NCBI GenBank assembly: GCA_964487115.1
Contig: CAZAPD010000044.1
Span: forward strand, 1 to 31,713
Length of the DNA stretch: 31,713 nt
Direction of reading: 5' to 3'
Source: an uncultured Thermococci archaeon
Lineage (GTDB): Archaea > Methanobacteriota_B > Thermococci > Thermococcales > Thermococcaceae
In this document: piece by piece, positions 1 through 8,322 of the stretch
Layout: the number at the start of each line of letters is the position of its first letter
How positions within the stretch are numbered: the first letter of the stretch is position 1
Translations under genes and position numbers: made by a program
Notes under the pieces: generated by a model
Databases searched by the model: none
The model's input: only the letters and a program-made list of their open reading frames with translations
What the model was told of the DNA's origin: nothing

Positions 1-1332
1 GTCTTCCTTGAAAGGGCAATGGAGCTATCCAAGAACGCCGTAAACCTGCTCGTTCCGTCTAACTTCCACACCGATGAAGGAGCCATGTTGCTGAGAAAGG
101 AAATCTTTGAAAAGTACTGCCTGAAGGAGCTTATCTCCTTCGAGAATCGCGGAAACGGCTGGTTCAAGGACGTTGATTCTCGCTTCAAGTTTGATATTGT
201 CTTCTTCACCAAAGAAAAGTGTGAGAAACCGTTCAGGGCGGCATTTTACGTGACGCGGAAGGACTACGAAGAATGGGTTGAGAAAAACGGCGGAACCTTC
301 GAGGACTTTATCAAAGCGATAACCTTCGAATACCCGGTCGAGCTTATTTCGAAAATGTCACCTGGAGTTCTCGGTGTGGTGGAGTTCAGAAGAAAAGAGG
401 ATGTCAAGCTTGTTCAAAAGATACGTGGGAACTGGAAGCTGTTGAGAAAACATGGCTGGAATATCAAAAGAGAGTTCGATATGAGCCGAGATAATGATAT
501 CTTTAACACCTCCTGCAAAGGTCTCATCCTGTACGAGGGTAAGATGATACACCAGTACGAGCCGTTCTTTGCCGAGCCGCGCTACTGGGTGGAAGAGGAC
601 AAGGGCAGGGAGAGGCTTTTGAGCAAGGAGCTCAGCAGGGTTAAAAAGTTCCTTAAATCTGAAGGTGAAAGGCTCGGTCTCAGCGGAAAGGAACTCAGAT
701 ATTTCATAAACGAAAACTTCAGGCTTGCCAAGAAGAACTTTGAAAAGGGAATTTTCAAGCTCGATTACGAGGAGTACAGATTAGCTTACAGGGCGATAGC
801 TCGTTCCACCGATGAGAGGACGCTCATAAGTACGATTCTACCAAAGAGGGTCTTCATGGGGCACTCCCTCAACTACTTCAAGCCCTTCCGCTACGCCATA
901 AAAGATGGAAAGATCGTCCAGGAGAGGATACCATACGAGGAAACGCTTTACCTGATGGCGCTCCTCAACAGCTTCATCTTGGACTACTACATAAGGCAGA
1001 GGGTATCCGCCAATTTAACGATGTTCTTCCTCTACGAGCTCCCAATCCCGGAAGCGAAGCCTGAAATAAAGGCAAAGATAGTTGAGCTTGCCTTTAAACT
1101 CCTCTATCGGAGGGGCACATATGACGGGATGGCCAAAGCACTTGGCATTAATGTCGAGGAAATCACGGATGAAGAAGAGCGGAGGGAGACGCGGGCCGAA
1201 CTGGAGGCAGTTATAACGAGGGACGTATTCGGCCTCACAAAGGGTGAGATGGAGTACCTGCTCTCCACCTTCGTCTACGGGAAGCCGGACAGGAAACTGA
1301 TGGGAATGATGGCTGAAAAGATGGAAGGCTAA
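1..1332 (+). CDS. Type IIG/Eco57I-like restriction-modification protein, C-terminal part (end of adenine MTase domain plus target-recognition region); 5'-truncated by window
   Basis: Frame open from base 1 (VFLERAMEL..., the typical 'LFxExA..L...LxP' segment after MTase motif IV). Later motifs F.DVDSRFKF, LYEGKMIHQY, PRYWV, RLAYRAIARSTDERTLISTILP and LLNSFILDYYIR...LPIP are typical of type IIG TRD regions. Confidence 0.8.
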   Translation, partial: VFLERAMELSKNAVNLLVPSNFHTDEGAMLLRKEIFEKYCLKELISFENRGNGWFKDVDSRFKFDIVFFTKEKCEKPFRAAFYVTRKDYEEWVEKNGGTFEDFIKAITFEYPVELISKMSPGVLGVVEFRRKEDVKLVQKIRGNWKLLRKHGWNIKREFDMSRDNDIFNTSCKGLILYEGKMIHQYEPFFAEPRYWVEEDKGRERLLSKELSRVKKFLKSEGERLGLSGKELRYFINENFRLAKKNFEKGIFKLDYEEYRLAYRAIARSTDERTLISTILPKRVFMGHSLNYFKPFRYAIKDGKIVQERIPYEETLYLMALLNSFILDYYIRQRVSANLTMFFLYELPIPEAKPEIKAKIVELAFKLLYRRGTYDGMAKALGINVEEITDEEERRETRAELEAVITRDVFGLTKGEMEYLLSTFVYGKPDRKLMGMMAEKMEG

Positions 1333-2234
1333 ACTTCGAGGAGGTCTTTGAGACTTTTTATCTCTCTTTTCTGATAAACGTAGACTGTTCTTCTGCCTTT
1401 CCCGTCCACTCGAGCCGCGACCTCTGGTCCCATGCGGAATATATCGCCGATGCTCACGGTTCCAACGTGGTCGTTGTGGAACATTCCCGTTGGAATCCCG
1501 TCGATCGTTTTTTCTCTGAATATCCCGTCCTCAAACACGAGTCCCACGTTTATTTCTTTTCTCTTCTCCAGAAGTGACTTTGCTTTCCTTATTCCCGTGG
1601 CGAGAGAATAGACCTTTCCCTCGATTACGAGGGCTTTTACACCTTTTTCGCTCAGTGCCTCCACGACCCTTCGGTGCTCTTCCAGGCCCATTGCTAGTTT
1701 CCTTGAAGGAGGTTTTGAGAGTTTGATATCCAGAAGAATCTCGTCTAAGTGCTCCTCAATGCATTCCTTTAGACCAGCCTCCTCAAGCAGGTATTCAAGC
1801 CTCTCTCCCTTCTTACCGGATGTTATCTTCAATTTTATTTCTTCCCTTCCGTATCCTCTCAGATAAAGCTGTTCAATGTAGTCAAGGGTTATGTGAAGTA
1901 TTGCGGCCTTTAGGCCCTCCGTTCCATATTTGTCATATATCCGCTTGATGACTTTCATACCGGCACTGTCCATATCTGTGAATAAATATTGGGCCTGTTT
2001 TCTCACACTTTTCGGGAATATTCTGGAGAACTTTAAGAGGCTCTCCTTGACTTCTCTTGGAGTTTGGCCGTGTATGAGCCGCACAACGGCTTCGGTGTAT
2101 ATCATGTGGGTTACCATGACCTTAGCGGCATCGTGGTGTTTCATATCATCGATTATTACGTCAACTCTGTTGGCAAGTTCACCGTTTATACCGCATTCTT
2201 CGGCCCATTTTCTATGAAGCTTATGACTTGGCAT
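1329..2234 (-). CDS. Hypothetical protein (301 aa), possible metal-binding His/Asp N-terminal domain
   Basis: Long ORF with protein-like composition. Start moved to ATG 2234 (MPSHKLH...) to avoid overlapping trxB. Motifs H-x-x-H, IDD..HHD and LHITLD. Confidence 0.7.
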   Translation of the reverse strand: MPSHKLHRKWAEECGINGELANRVDVIIDDMKHHDAAKVMVTHMIYTEAVVRLIHGQTPREVKESLLKFSRIFPKSVRKQAQYLFTDMDSAGMKVIKRIYDKYGTEGLKAAILHITLDYIEQLYLRGYGREEIKLKITSGKKGERLEYLLEEAGLKECIEEHLDEILLDIKLSKPPSRKLAMGLEEHRRVVEALSEKGVKALVIEGKVYSLATGIRKAKSLLEKRKEINVGLVFEDGIFREKTIDGIPTGMFHNDHVGTVSIGDIFRMGPEVAARVDGKGRRTVYVYQKREIKSLKDLLEV

Positions 2235-2266
2235 TTTTGGCCATCCAAATGTATTAATTATGGAAA

Positions 2267-3259
2267 TCACTCGATTACCTTGGAGTTCCACTCCTCAAGC
2301 AGTTCCTTGGCCGAGTTTGCTGCTATTGCTCCTTGACCTACCGCCACGGCTATCTGCTTGAAGACGTTGGTTATATCGCCAGCTGCAAAGATGCCCTTGA
2401 CCTTGGTGCGCATCTGCATGTCCACCGGGATATAACCGTACTCATCGGTTATGCCGAGATGCTTGACAAAATCAGTTTTCGGCTCGTAGCCGATGAATAT
2501 AAAGACGCCATCGATTTCCATTTCCCATTCCTTACCAGTGACGCGATTCTTCAGTTTTACAGCCTTAACTCTGTTTTCTCCTTTTATCTCTGTGACCACG
2601 GTGTTCAGTATAGCGGGTATGGAAGCCTCCTTAAACCTGTCCTGAAGTATTTTATCTGCTCTGAATTTGTCCCGTCTATGCACCAGTGTTACATCGACGC
2701 CGATACTCTTGAGGTAGAGTGCTTCCTGCAGGGCGGTGTTTCCTCCGCCGACGACTATTACTTTTTTGCCTCTGAAGAGCGGGCCGTCACAGGTGGCGCA
2801 GTAGCTGACTCCCCTGCCTGTCAGTTCTTCTTCTCCGGGAACGTGAAGCTTTCTTGGGGCTGCACCGACGGTTATTATGACCGTTCTGGTCTTGTATTCC
2901 CTGCCGTTTTTCGTCCTGACCACAAATTTGCACGGTCCTTCGTAGTATGCGCACTCCGTTGGGTCTATGCGCTCAACTTCATCGAAGACTATATCTACAC
3001 CGAGTCTCTTAACCTGTTCGTGCATTCTTGATGTGAGTTCAGAACCGCTTATCCCATCAGGGAAACCGGGATAGTTTTCTATAAGGTCTGTCAAGGCCAT
3101 GTTGCCTCCAAGATCCTTGCTAATTATCCTTGTTTCAAGTCCGAAGCGTGCTGCGTATATTGCCGCTGTGAAACCTGCAGGGCCAGCGCCTATGATAAGA
3201 ACATCCCAGACTTTACTTTCATCCTCCTTCGAGCGTGAAAATCCTGTCAAACTAAACAT
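2267..3259 (-). CDS. trxB: Thioredoxin-disulfide reductase
   Basis: GAGPAG FAD motif, CATCDG active site, GGGNTA and HRRDKFR NADPH motifs, GIFAAGD. GGAGGTGA RBS upstream of ATG 3259. Confidence 0.96.
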   Translation of the reverse strand: MFSLTGFSRSKEDESKVWDVLIIGAGPAGFTAAIYAARFGLETRIISKDLGGNMALTDLIENYPGFPDGISGSELTSRMHEQVKRLGVDIVFDEVERIDPTECAYYEGPCKFVVRTKNGREYKTRTVIITVGAAPRKLHVPGEEELTGRGVSYCATCDGPLFRGKKVIVVGGGNTALQEALYLKSIGVDVTLVHRRDKFRADKILQDRFKEASIPAILNTVVTEIKGENRVKAVKLKNRVTGKEWEMEIDGVFIFIGYEPKTDFVKHLGITDEYGYIPVDMQMRTKVKGIFAAGDITNVFKQIAVAVGQGAIAANSAKELLEEWNSKVIE

Positions 3260-3331
3260 ATTCTCACCTCCGGATTCAGCTAATTTGAGCCATTTAAAAG
3301 CATTATGGAACATCTATGGGTAATAGGAAGA

Positions 3332-3865
3332 TCATATGATCGTCACATCCCTGTCGAGGATTAGATGGAGGATGTAGCCGCTGAAGGCTGCAAAGCCTAT
3401 GAAGAGTGACTCCTCATAACTGATATTAATCCCGAAATTGACGAGGGCAAATATCACTCCCCCATAAATCAGGGCAAAGAGCAGGGAATGAACTATGCCC
3501 CTGTGTTTCGGCATAACTGCTGTAAATGCATACCATGAAGTAAGGGCTGCCGCTACGGCTATTATCCAGCCAACGGTTAAGTTTACCCAGTTCTGCTGGG
3601 AGATGTTAATGTACTGGTACACCCTGATGAAAACCGCACTTCCAATTGAAACAGCAACTAATGGCTTTGTTCCGCGATGTATTAGGGCATTGGGATGATC
3701 CATATCAGGCAAATCGCTCCCGAGAACATAGAAAACATAACCCAGGATAAGGCCTGTTATAGTGAGCTTGAATGGAACTCCAGCACTCGATAGGATGCCT
3801 GCTATTGCTACGGTTATTGGGTAGCTGACTATCCCGCTCAGCACGTGAACATCATAGTTCGGCAT
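3332..3865 (-). CDS. Membrane-bound metal-dependent hydrolase (YdjM/LexA-binding family-like)
   Basis: N-terminal H, GSDLPDMDH, HRGIVHS and GYILHLILD motifs among several hydrophobic helices. Confidence 0.85.
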   Translation of the reverse strand: MPNYDVHVLSGIVSYPITVAIAGILSSAGVPFKLTITGLILGYVFYVLGSDLPDMDHPNALIHRGTKPLVAVSIGSAVFIRVYQYINISQQNWVNLTVGWIIAVAAALTSWYAFTAVMPKHRGIVHSLLFALIYGGVIFALVNFGINISYEESLFIGFAAFSGYILHLILDRDVTII

Positions 3866-3870
3866 GTAAA

Positions 3871-5085
3871 TCACTCTTCGCTTTCTTTAACCTTTGCATC
3901 ACTTTCTTCCTCAAGGAATTTCCTGACATATTCTGGAACCTTGTAGTTGCCTTTGGGGTCCCCAACTAAGAAGCCCAGCCGAATAAGCTCTTCAAGCTGG
4001 TCATAAACCTGAATTCCAGGTTTTTTGGCCTCCTTTGCAACTTGGATGTAGCTCACAGGTCCTCCGTTGAATTTGTGAACTATTATCTCTACGAGGTCTT
4101 TATACTCCCTCGGAATCCTCATCAGGTATTCCTCAAGGCTCTTCGGTTCCTCAAGGATCGTCGTAACCACATAATCATCAATCGGATCGAACTTATGCTT
4201 TGCAGATTCACTGAGCACGTAGTGAAGCAGACGTAGAATCTGCCTTGGATTCCCGTGCCCAAGCTCATGGATGAGCTTTATTGCCTCCTCGGTGAAGGGA
4301 TAGAGCGGATCAGCTGTATCTCTGATTCTGACCCTATTGAGCCTCTTCTTCACGAGTTCGTAGGCCTCATCTATGCTCATGGGTCTGAGCTTGAATTCAT
4401 AATGTAATCTCATGAAAAATGCCGGGAATATTTTTGAATACTCCTCGTAAGCTTCTGGAATGCAAGCGAAGGCGACAATACAGCCTTGGGGCATGTTGCT
4501 TATAAAATGTCTGAGCATTTCAAAAAACTGGATTTTGTCCTGCTCTCTTGCCGTCTGCATGTTCTCCAGTTCATCAAGGAGGAGGGCACAGTAGGGGTAT
4601 TTTCCCATCTGTTCCGTTAAGAGCTCTGCAATATCCCTCGATTTGTATTCCTGTGTTGAGCTCAGCATCTTTTCAAGTCTATCTATGAAGCCCAGCTTTC
4701 TGCTGAGGTTCTCAAGGAATATGTTCGTTCTGCTCCTCGGCGGCTTTAATGCATAGAAGATGTCCCGGGTTAGCTTTAGAATATCGTTCGTGTCGACCTT
4801 CACGTATATTGCCTTGCCTCTATTGTCGCTTATTGCTTTCGCAATGCTCTTGAGCCTCTGGGTTTTCCCCATACCGAGGGGTCCGATTATGGAAAGGGCT
4901 ATTGAGCTCCTGTTCCCAATAACCTCTGAAATTATCATGGAGAGGCGCATATCAATCTCCTGATAAACGTGAATGCTCTCAACATCGCTTATTCCTTCAC
5001 TCGCGAGCTGTTCAAATGGATTCCTTGATAAGCCGTAGATTTCATAACCCTCAATGGGATAAAGTTTAAGTCCTCTTTGCTCCAT
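3871..5085 (-). CDS. AAA+ P-loop ATPase (ExeA/Cdc6-like) with probable C-terminal winged helix
   Basis: YGLSRNPF N-terminus, Walker A GPLGMGKT, Walker B LLLDELE, sensor-II-like GNPRQIL. RBS GGTGGGTGA before ATG 5085. Confidence 0.85.
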   Translation of the reverse strand: MEQRGLKLYPIEGYEIYGLSRNPFEQLASEGISDVESIHVYQEIDMRLSMIISEVIGNRSSIALSIIGPLGMGKTQRLKSIAKAISDNRGKAIYVKVDTNDILKLTRDIFYALKPPRSRTNIFLENLSRKLGFIDRLEKMLSSTQEYKSRDIAELLTEQMGKYPYCALLLDELENMQTAREQDKIQFFEMLRHFISNMPQGCIVAFACIPEAYEEYSKIFPAFFMRLHYEFKLRPMSIDEAYELVKKRLNRVRIRDTADPLYPFTEEAIKLIHELGHGNPRQILRLLHYVLSESAKHKFDPIDDYVVTTILEEPKSLEEYLMRIPREYKDLVEIIVHKFNGGPVSYIQVAKEAKKPGIQVYDQLEELIRLGFLVGDPKGNYKVPEYVRKFLEEESDAKVKESEE

Positions 5086-5150
5086 TTCACCCACCAAGTT
5101 TAAATTTAAATCTGCAGACATATAAAAGCTTGTCCATTGGAGGTGTTCTG
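5086..5150. promoter_or_regulatory. Compact divergent promoter region (AAA ATPase / THUMP)
   Basis: 65-bp AT-rich gap between divergent starts, with TTTAAATTTAAA and TATAAAA TATA-like boxes and an RBS at each end. Confidence 0.5.
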
Positions 5151-5645
5151 ATGACACTTTTGCTCGTTACTGTTCCGACAGGAAGAGAGGGGGATGCTGC
5201 TCTGGAGCTTGAATGGGCTCTTGATAAAGTCCAAATCAAAAGAACGGACTGGAAAGGAATTCTAATCGCCGAAACACCCCTTTCAAGGAACGAGGCTGTG
5301 GGGAGGATCAGGGAATTCGAAACCCAATCGATTTTCAAGGTTATTCCTCTCGATGCCTTTGTAAAGAGCGAGAAAAATGAAATTATCAGGAGAGCTGGTG
5401 AAATTGCCCGAAAAAAGATAAAACCTGGTGAGAGTTTTGCCGTTCGATGCAGGAAAAGGGGAGGCAGAATAAAATCAGGTAAGGAAATTGAGATCGAGCT
5501 GGGAGCAAGGATAAAGGAGGAGCTTGAAGCGGTAGTTAATCTAAGCTCTCCAATGTGGTATGTTCTCATAGAAATTCTGGGCAAAAAAACAGGAATAGCT
5601 GTTGTGAAGGCGGAGGAAATTGTAAAGAGGGAGGTTGAGGAATAA
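5151..5645 (+). CDS. THUMP domain RNA-binding protein (Tan1-like)
   Basis: SFAVRCRKRG, EIEIELGARI and VNLSSP..VLIEIL THUMP motifs. GGAGGTG RBS before ATG 5151. Confidence 0.9.
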   Translation: MTLLLVTVPTGREGDAALELEWALDKVQIKRTDWKGILIAETPLSRNEAVGRIREFETQSIFKVIPLDAFVKSEKNEIIRRAGEIARKKIKPGESFAVRCRKRGGRIKSGKEIEIELGARIKEELEAVVNLSSPMWYVLIEILGKKTGIAVVKAEEIVKREVEE

Positions 5646-5744
5646 CATACTGTTTTGGTTTAGATGATTCCGCGGATATCACCAGCACACTATAGTTATT
5701 CTAACGACAGCTCAGCAAATCTAAAATAGGATGAAGGACAATTC

Positions 5745-6452
5745 ATGGATATGAACTACAGGAGAATTTCCTATATGATAGTTCTTGTGGTTATCGTTTC
5801 CTCTTTTTTGATAGCTTTAAAGCCGTACATTAGATTTGAAAGCGGAGGTGGTACCATTTCCGGAGAGGTTATAAGGCTTCCAGAACCCAAACTTCAGGGA
5901 AGCATGAGTGTTGAGGAGGCAATAGCAAAAAGGAGAAGCATACGCTCCTACAGGGGTGAACCACTAACCCTGGAGCAGTTGTCCCAGCTACTCTGGGCTG
6001 CTCAGGGGGTTACTCACGAAAAAAAGAGGAGTGCACCGAGTGCGGGGGCAACTTATCCCTTTGAGATTTATGTTGTCGTGGGGAATGTTAAGGGGTTAAA
6101 GTCCGGGGTTTATCGTTATGATCCATTTGAACACACTATTTCTCTTATTAAGGAGGGGGACTATAGGAAAGCTCTCCAGAAAGCTGCCCTTGATCAGACA
6201 TGGGTGGGGAATGCTGCGGTTGATATAGTATTGGTGGCGTTCTATGAGAGGACCACGGACTACTATGGCAATAGGGGTGTTAGGTATGTGCACATGGAAG
6301 CTGGACACATTGGAGAGAACATATATCTGCAGGCAACTGCACTTGGCCTTGGGACGGTTGCGGTTGGTGCTTTTTACGATGACAGAGTTGCAGAAGTTGT
6401 TGGAACAGAAGGAGTGCCACTTTACATATTCCCTGTGGGGGTGCCAAGGTGA
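5745..6452 (+). CDS. SagB/ThcOx-family FMN-dependent nitroreductase with N-terminal membrane anchor/signal
   Basis: RRSIRSY, LSQLLWAAQG, RSAPSAGATYP and EAGHIGENIYLQATALGLG motifs. Hydrophobic N-terminal helix preceded by RR. Confidence 0.9.
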   Translation: MDMNYRRISYMIVLVVIVSSFLIALKPYIRFESGGGTISGEVIRLPEPKLQGSMSVEEAIAKRRSIRSYRGEPLTLEQLSQLLWAAQGVTHEKKRSAPSAGATYPFEIYVVVGNVKGLKSGVYRYDPFEHTISLIKEGDYRKALQKAALDQTWVGNAAVDIVLVAFYERTTDYYGNRGVRYVHMEAGHIGENIYLQATALGLGTVAVGAFYDDRVAEVVGTEGVPLYIFPVGVPR

Positions 6453-6625
6453 TAGACCATCATACACTTGGCTATGCTGTTTTTATTCTCATGAACCTTA
6501 CCATGCTTAGCGGGGCACTGATATTTCTGGAGAAGAGGAGAAACCGCCTGTGGATTGCCCTCCATATAATTCTGGCTGTTGTGACATATCTTCTGATGGT
6601 TTTCCTGATATGGCTCGTGAGATAG
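6449..6625 (+). CDS. Small two-helix membrane protein (58 aa), not in ORF track
   Basis: GTG start overlaps the nitroreductase TGA (GTGA). Translation MIDHHTLGYAVFILMNLTMLSGALIFLEKRRNRLWIALHIILAVVTYLLMVFLIWLVR: two hydrophobic helices around a basic loop. Fills an otherwise unexplained gap. Confidence 0.75.
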   Translation: MIDHHTLGYAVFILMNLTMLSGALIFLEKRRNRLWIALHIILAVVTYLLMVFLIWLVR

Positions 6626-6683
6626 CCAAAGGTTTATTAGCTTTGTACCGTTATTGTTATTACTGTGCTTTAGGGGGATATGG

Positions 6684-7229
6684 ATGAAAAGGATTGTGGA
6701 AAGGCTCGCTGATCTAAGTGAAAAGGAAGCACTGTCATATTGGATACATGGTGAGTATGAGGAAGCTAATCTCTACTGGGGATTAGCTAAAAGGGCAAAA
6801 GAACTGAGGTTAGAGGAGGAGTTAATAACAACTTTTGTTATTTTGGCAAAAGAGTCCCGAGGGCATGGAGACAGACTATTTGAGATATACAAGCGTCGTT
6901 ATGGGGAACACCTTGAAAAGGTTAATATCCCTCCTGTTGAGGTTCTTCCTCTAATTGAAAAATTTAAAAACGCAACGGATGTTATTTCTGTCCTTTATGA
7001 GGCAATGAAAAGTGAGCTTTTGGCTAAATCAATTTATGAAGAGCTAATAAAAAAGGTGCGAGATGAGGAAGTTAAAAAAGTATATGAATACTTTGCGATT
7101 ATGGAACAGGATCATTATAATCAACTTAGGAAAGAATACGAATTCTACACGAGGAAATACACCAGTAAAATCAAGATAGAGCTACCTGCTCAAACATCAA
7201 CTGAAGAAGAAAGTATGATTCATAAATAA
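6684..7229 (+). CDS. Ferritin-like / rubrerythrin-related protein
   Basis: Duplicated helix pairs: GEYEEANLY...ESRGH and SELLAKSIY...MEQDHY. No rubredoxin domain. GGGGG RBS before ATG 6684. Confidence 0.8.
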   Translation: MKRIVERLADLSEKEALSYWIHGEYEEANLYWGLAKRAKELRLEEELITTFVILAKESRGHGDRLFEIYKRRYGEHLEKVNIPPVEVLPLIEKFKNATDVISVLYEAMKSELLAKSIYEELIKKVRDEEVKKVYEYFAIMEQDHYNQLRKEYEFYTRKYTSKIKIELPAQTSTEEESMIHK

Positions 7230-7342
7230 TCCTGTTTTTGAAAACTCCTTTTAAACAACTGCTCATTTTCTAAAAATCTTTCTTAGACGTTTATACCACA
7301 AAATAGATAAAAAGAGGGCCTCATTTTTTATTGGTGGTGGGA

Positions 7343-7837
7343 ATGGAGGATTTTAATGGACTGTTATCCCAGTTGAAAGAGCTTAATCTAAGAGAACTTT
7401 TGAGTTATTGGATTTTGAATGAAAGAAAAAAGGCTGAGCTTTATGAAATGCTTGCTCAAAAAGCTAAAGAACTTGGACTTAATGATTCTACTTATGATAT
7501 CTTCAAGCTACTATCTCTGGAGGCGGTGAGGCATGATAGAAAGCTTGTGTATGTTTATGAAAAGACGTTCAACACAAAGGATCTCCTGACGGTAAAGCTG
7601 CCTTCCTTAGATTCTGTATCTGTTCTGGAGAGGTTTGAGGAGAGCAGCGATGTTTTCAGAGTTCTTGAGGCTGCTCTCCGACTTGAAACACTGGCCGAGG
7701 AGGTTTATAGGATACTTGCTGGAGCGGCAACGGATGAATATATGAAGGCGGTGTTCAGCTACCTTGGTTCGACGGAAAGACTTCATAGAAGAACGATTGA
7801 AAGTTTAATTAAAGAATACAAATACGGGCATGCATAA
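7343..7837 (+). CDS. Ferritin-like / rubrerythrin-related protein (degenerate paralog)
   Basis: Aligns by eye with the upstream gene (LSYWI..E...A.LY..LA.(K/R)AKEL.L; E.LA...Y..L; E..H). GGTGGTGGG RBS before ATG 7343. Confidence 0.75.
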   Translation: MEDFNGLLSQLKELNLRELLSYWILNERKKAELYEMLAQKAKELGLNDSTYDIFKLLSLEAVRHDRKLVYVYEKTFNTKDLLTVKLPSLDSVSVLERFEESSDVFRVLEAALRLETLAEEVYRILAGAATDEYMKAVFSYLGSTERLHRRTIESLIKEYKYGHA

Positions 7838-7860
7838 AGTAAAATGAAGAGTGAGAAAGA

Positions 7861-8319
7861 TTAAACCCCCTGTTCCTTTGCTTCTGGGGGTTCTTCTATT
7901 AAATTATCGCTGTACTTGTCGTAATCTGCCAGCAGGAAGTTCTCGCTCATTCTGAGGGCTTTCACATTTTTCTTTTCTCCGGGGAACTTTTTGCCAGGAC
8001 ATACATCGACACAAAGAGCACAGAACATGCACCTGCTCACATAGTGTCTTATCTTTCTCAGCTCTGGAATCCATTCCATAGCATCTGCCGGGCACACCTT
8101 GATGCAAAGCTGACAGCCTATGCACCTCTCGGGGTCATAGATCAACTTTCCCCTGAAGCCTTCAGGAACTGGGATTGGTGGATTTATCTTTACCTCACCC
8201 TTTTGAACCTTTTCTATAAGCTCGGTCACGTTTTTAGGGGCATGTTTAACAGGGAACGGGTTTGTGGCGGGCTTTTTGACAGCCTGTTTCAGCAGGACAA
8301 ACATCATCTTGTTGACCAT
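7861..8319 (-). CDS. mbhN: Mbh2 subunit N, 2x[4Fe-4S] (NuoI-like)
   Basis: CIGCQLCIKVCP and CMFCALCVDVCP motifs, KPATNPFP, VPEGFRGKL. Last gene of operon. Confidence 0.9.
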   Translation of the reverse strand: MVNKMMFVLLKQAVKKPATNPFPVKHAPKNVTELIEKVQKGEVKINPPIPVPEGFRGKLIYDPERCIGCQLCIKVCPADAMEWIPELRKIRHYVSRCMFCALCVDVCPGKKFPGEKKNVKALRMSENFLLADYDKYSDNLIEEPPEAKEQGV

Positions 8320-8322
8320 GCT

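Noticed and set aside
2333..3031. 232-aa plus-strand ORF
   Set aside because: Antisense shadow of trxB, with no motifs and no RBS.
5087..5584. 165-aa minus-strand ORF (and similar short overlapping ORFs across the track)
   Set aside because: Antisense or alternate frames of well-supported genes, with unnatural composition.
6684..7837. Encapsulin cargo system
   Set aside because: No encapsulin shell gene in the window and no L-x-V/I-G-S-L-type targeting peptide seen.
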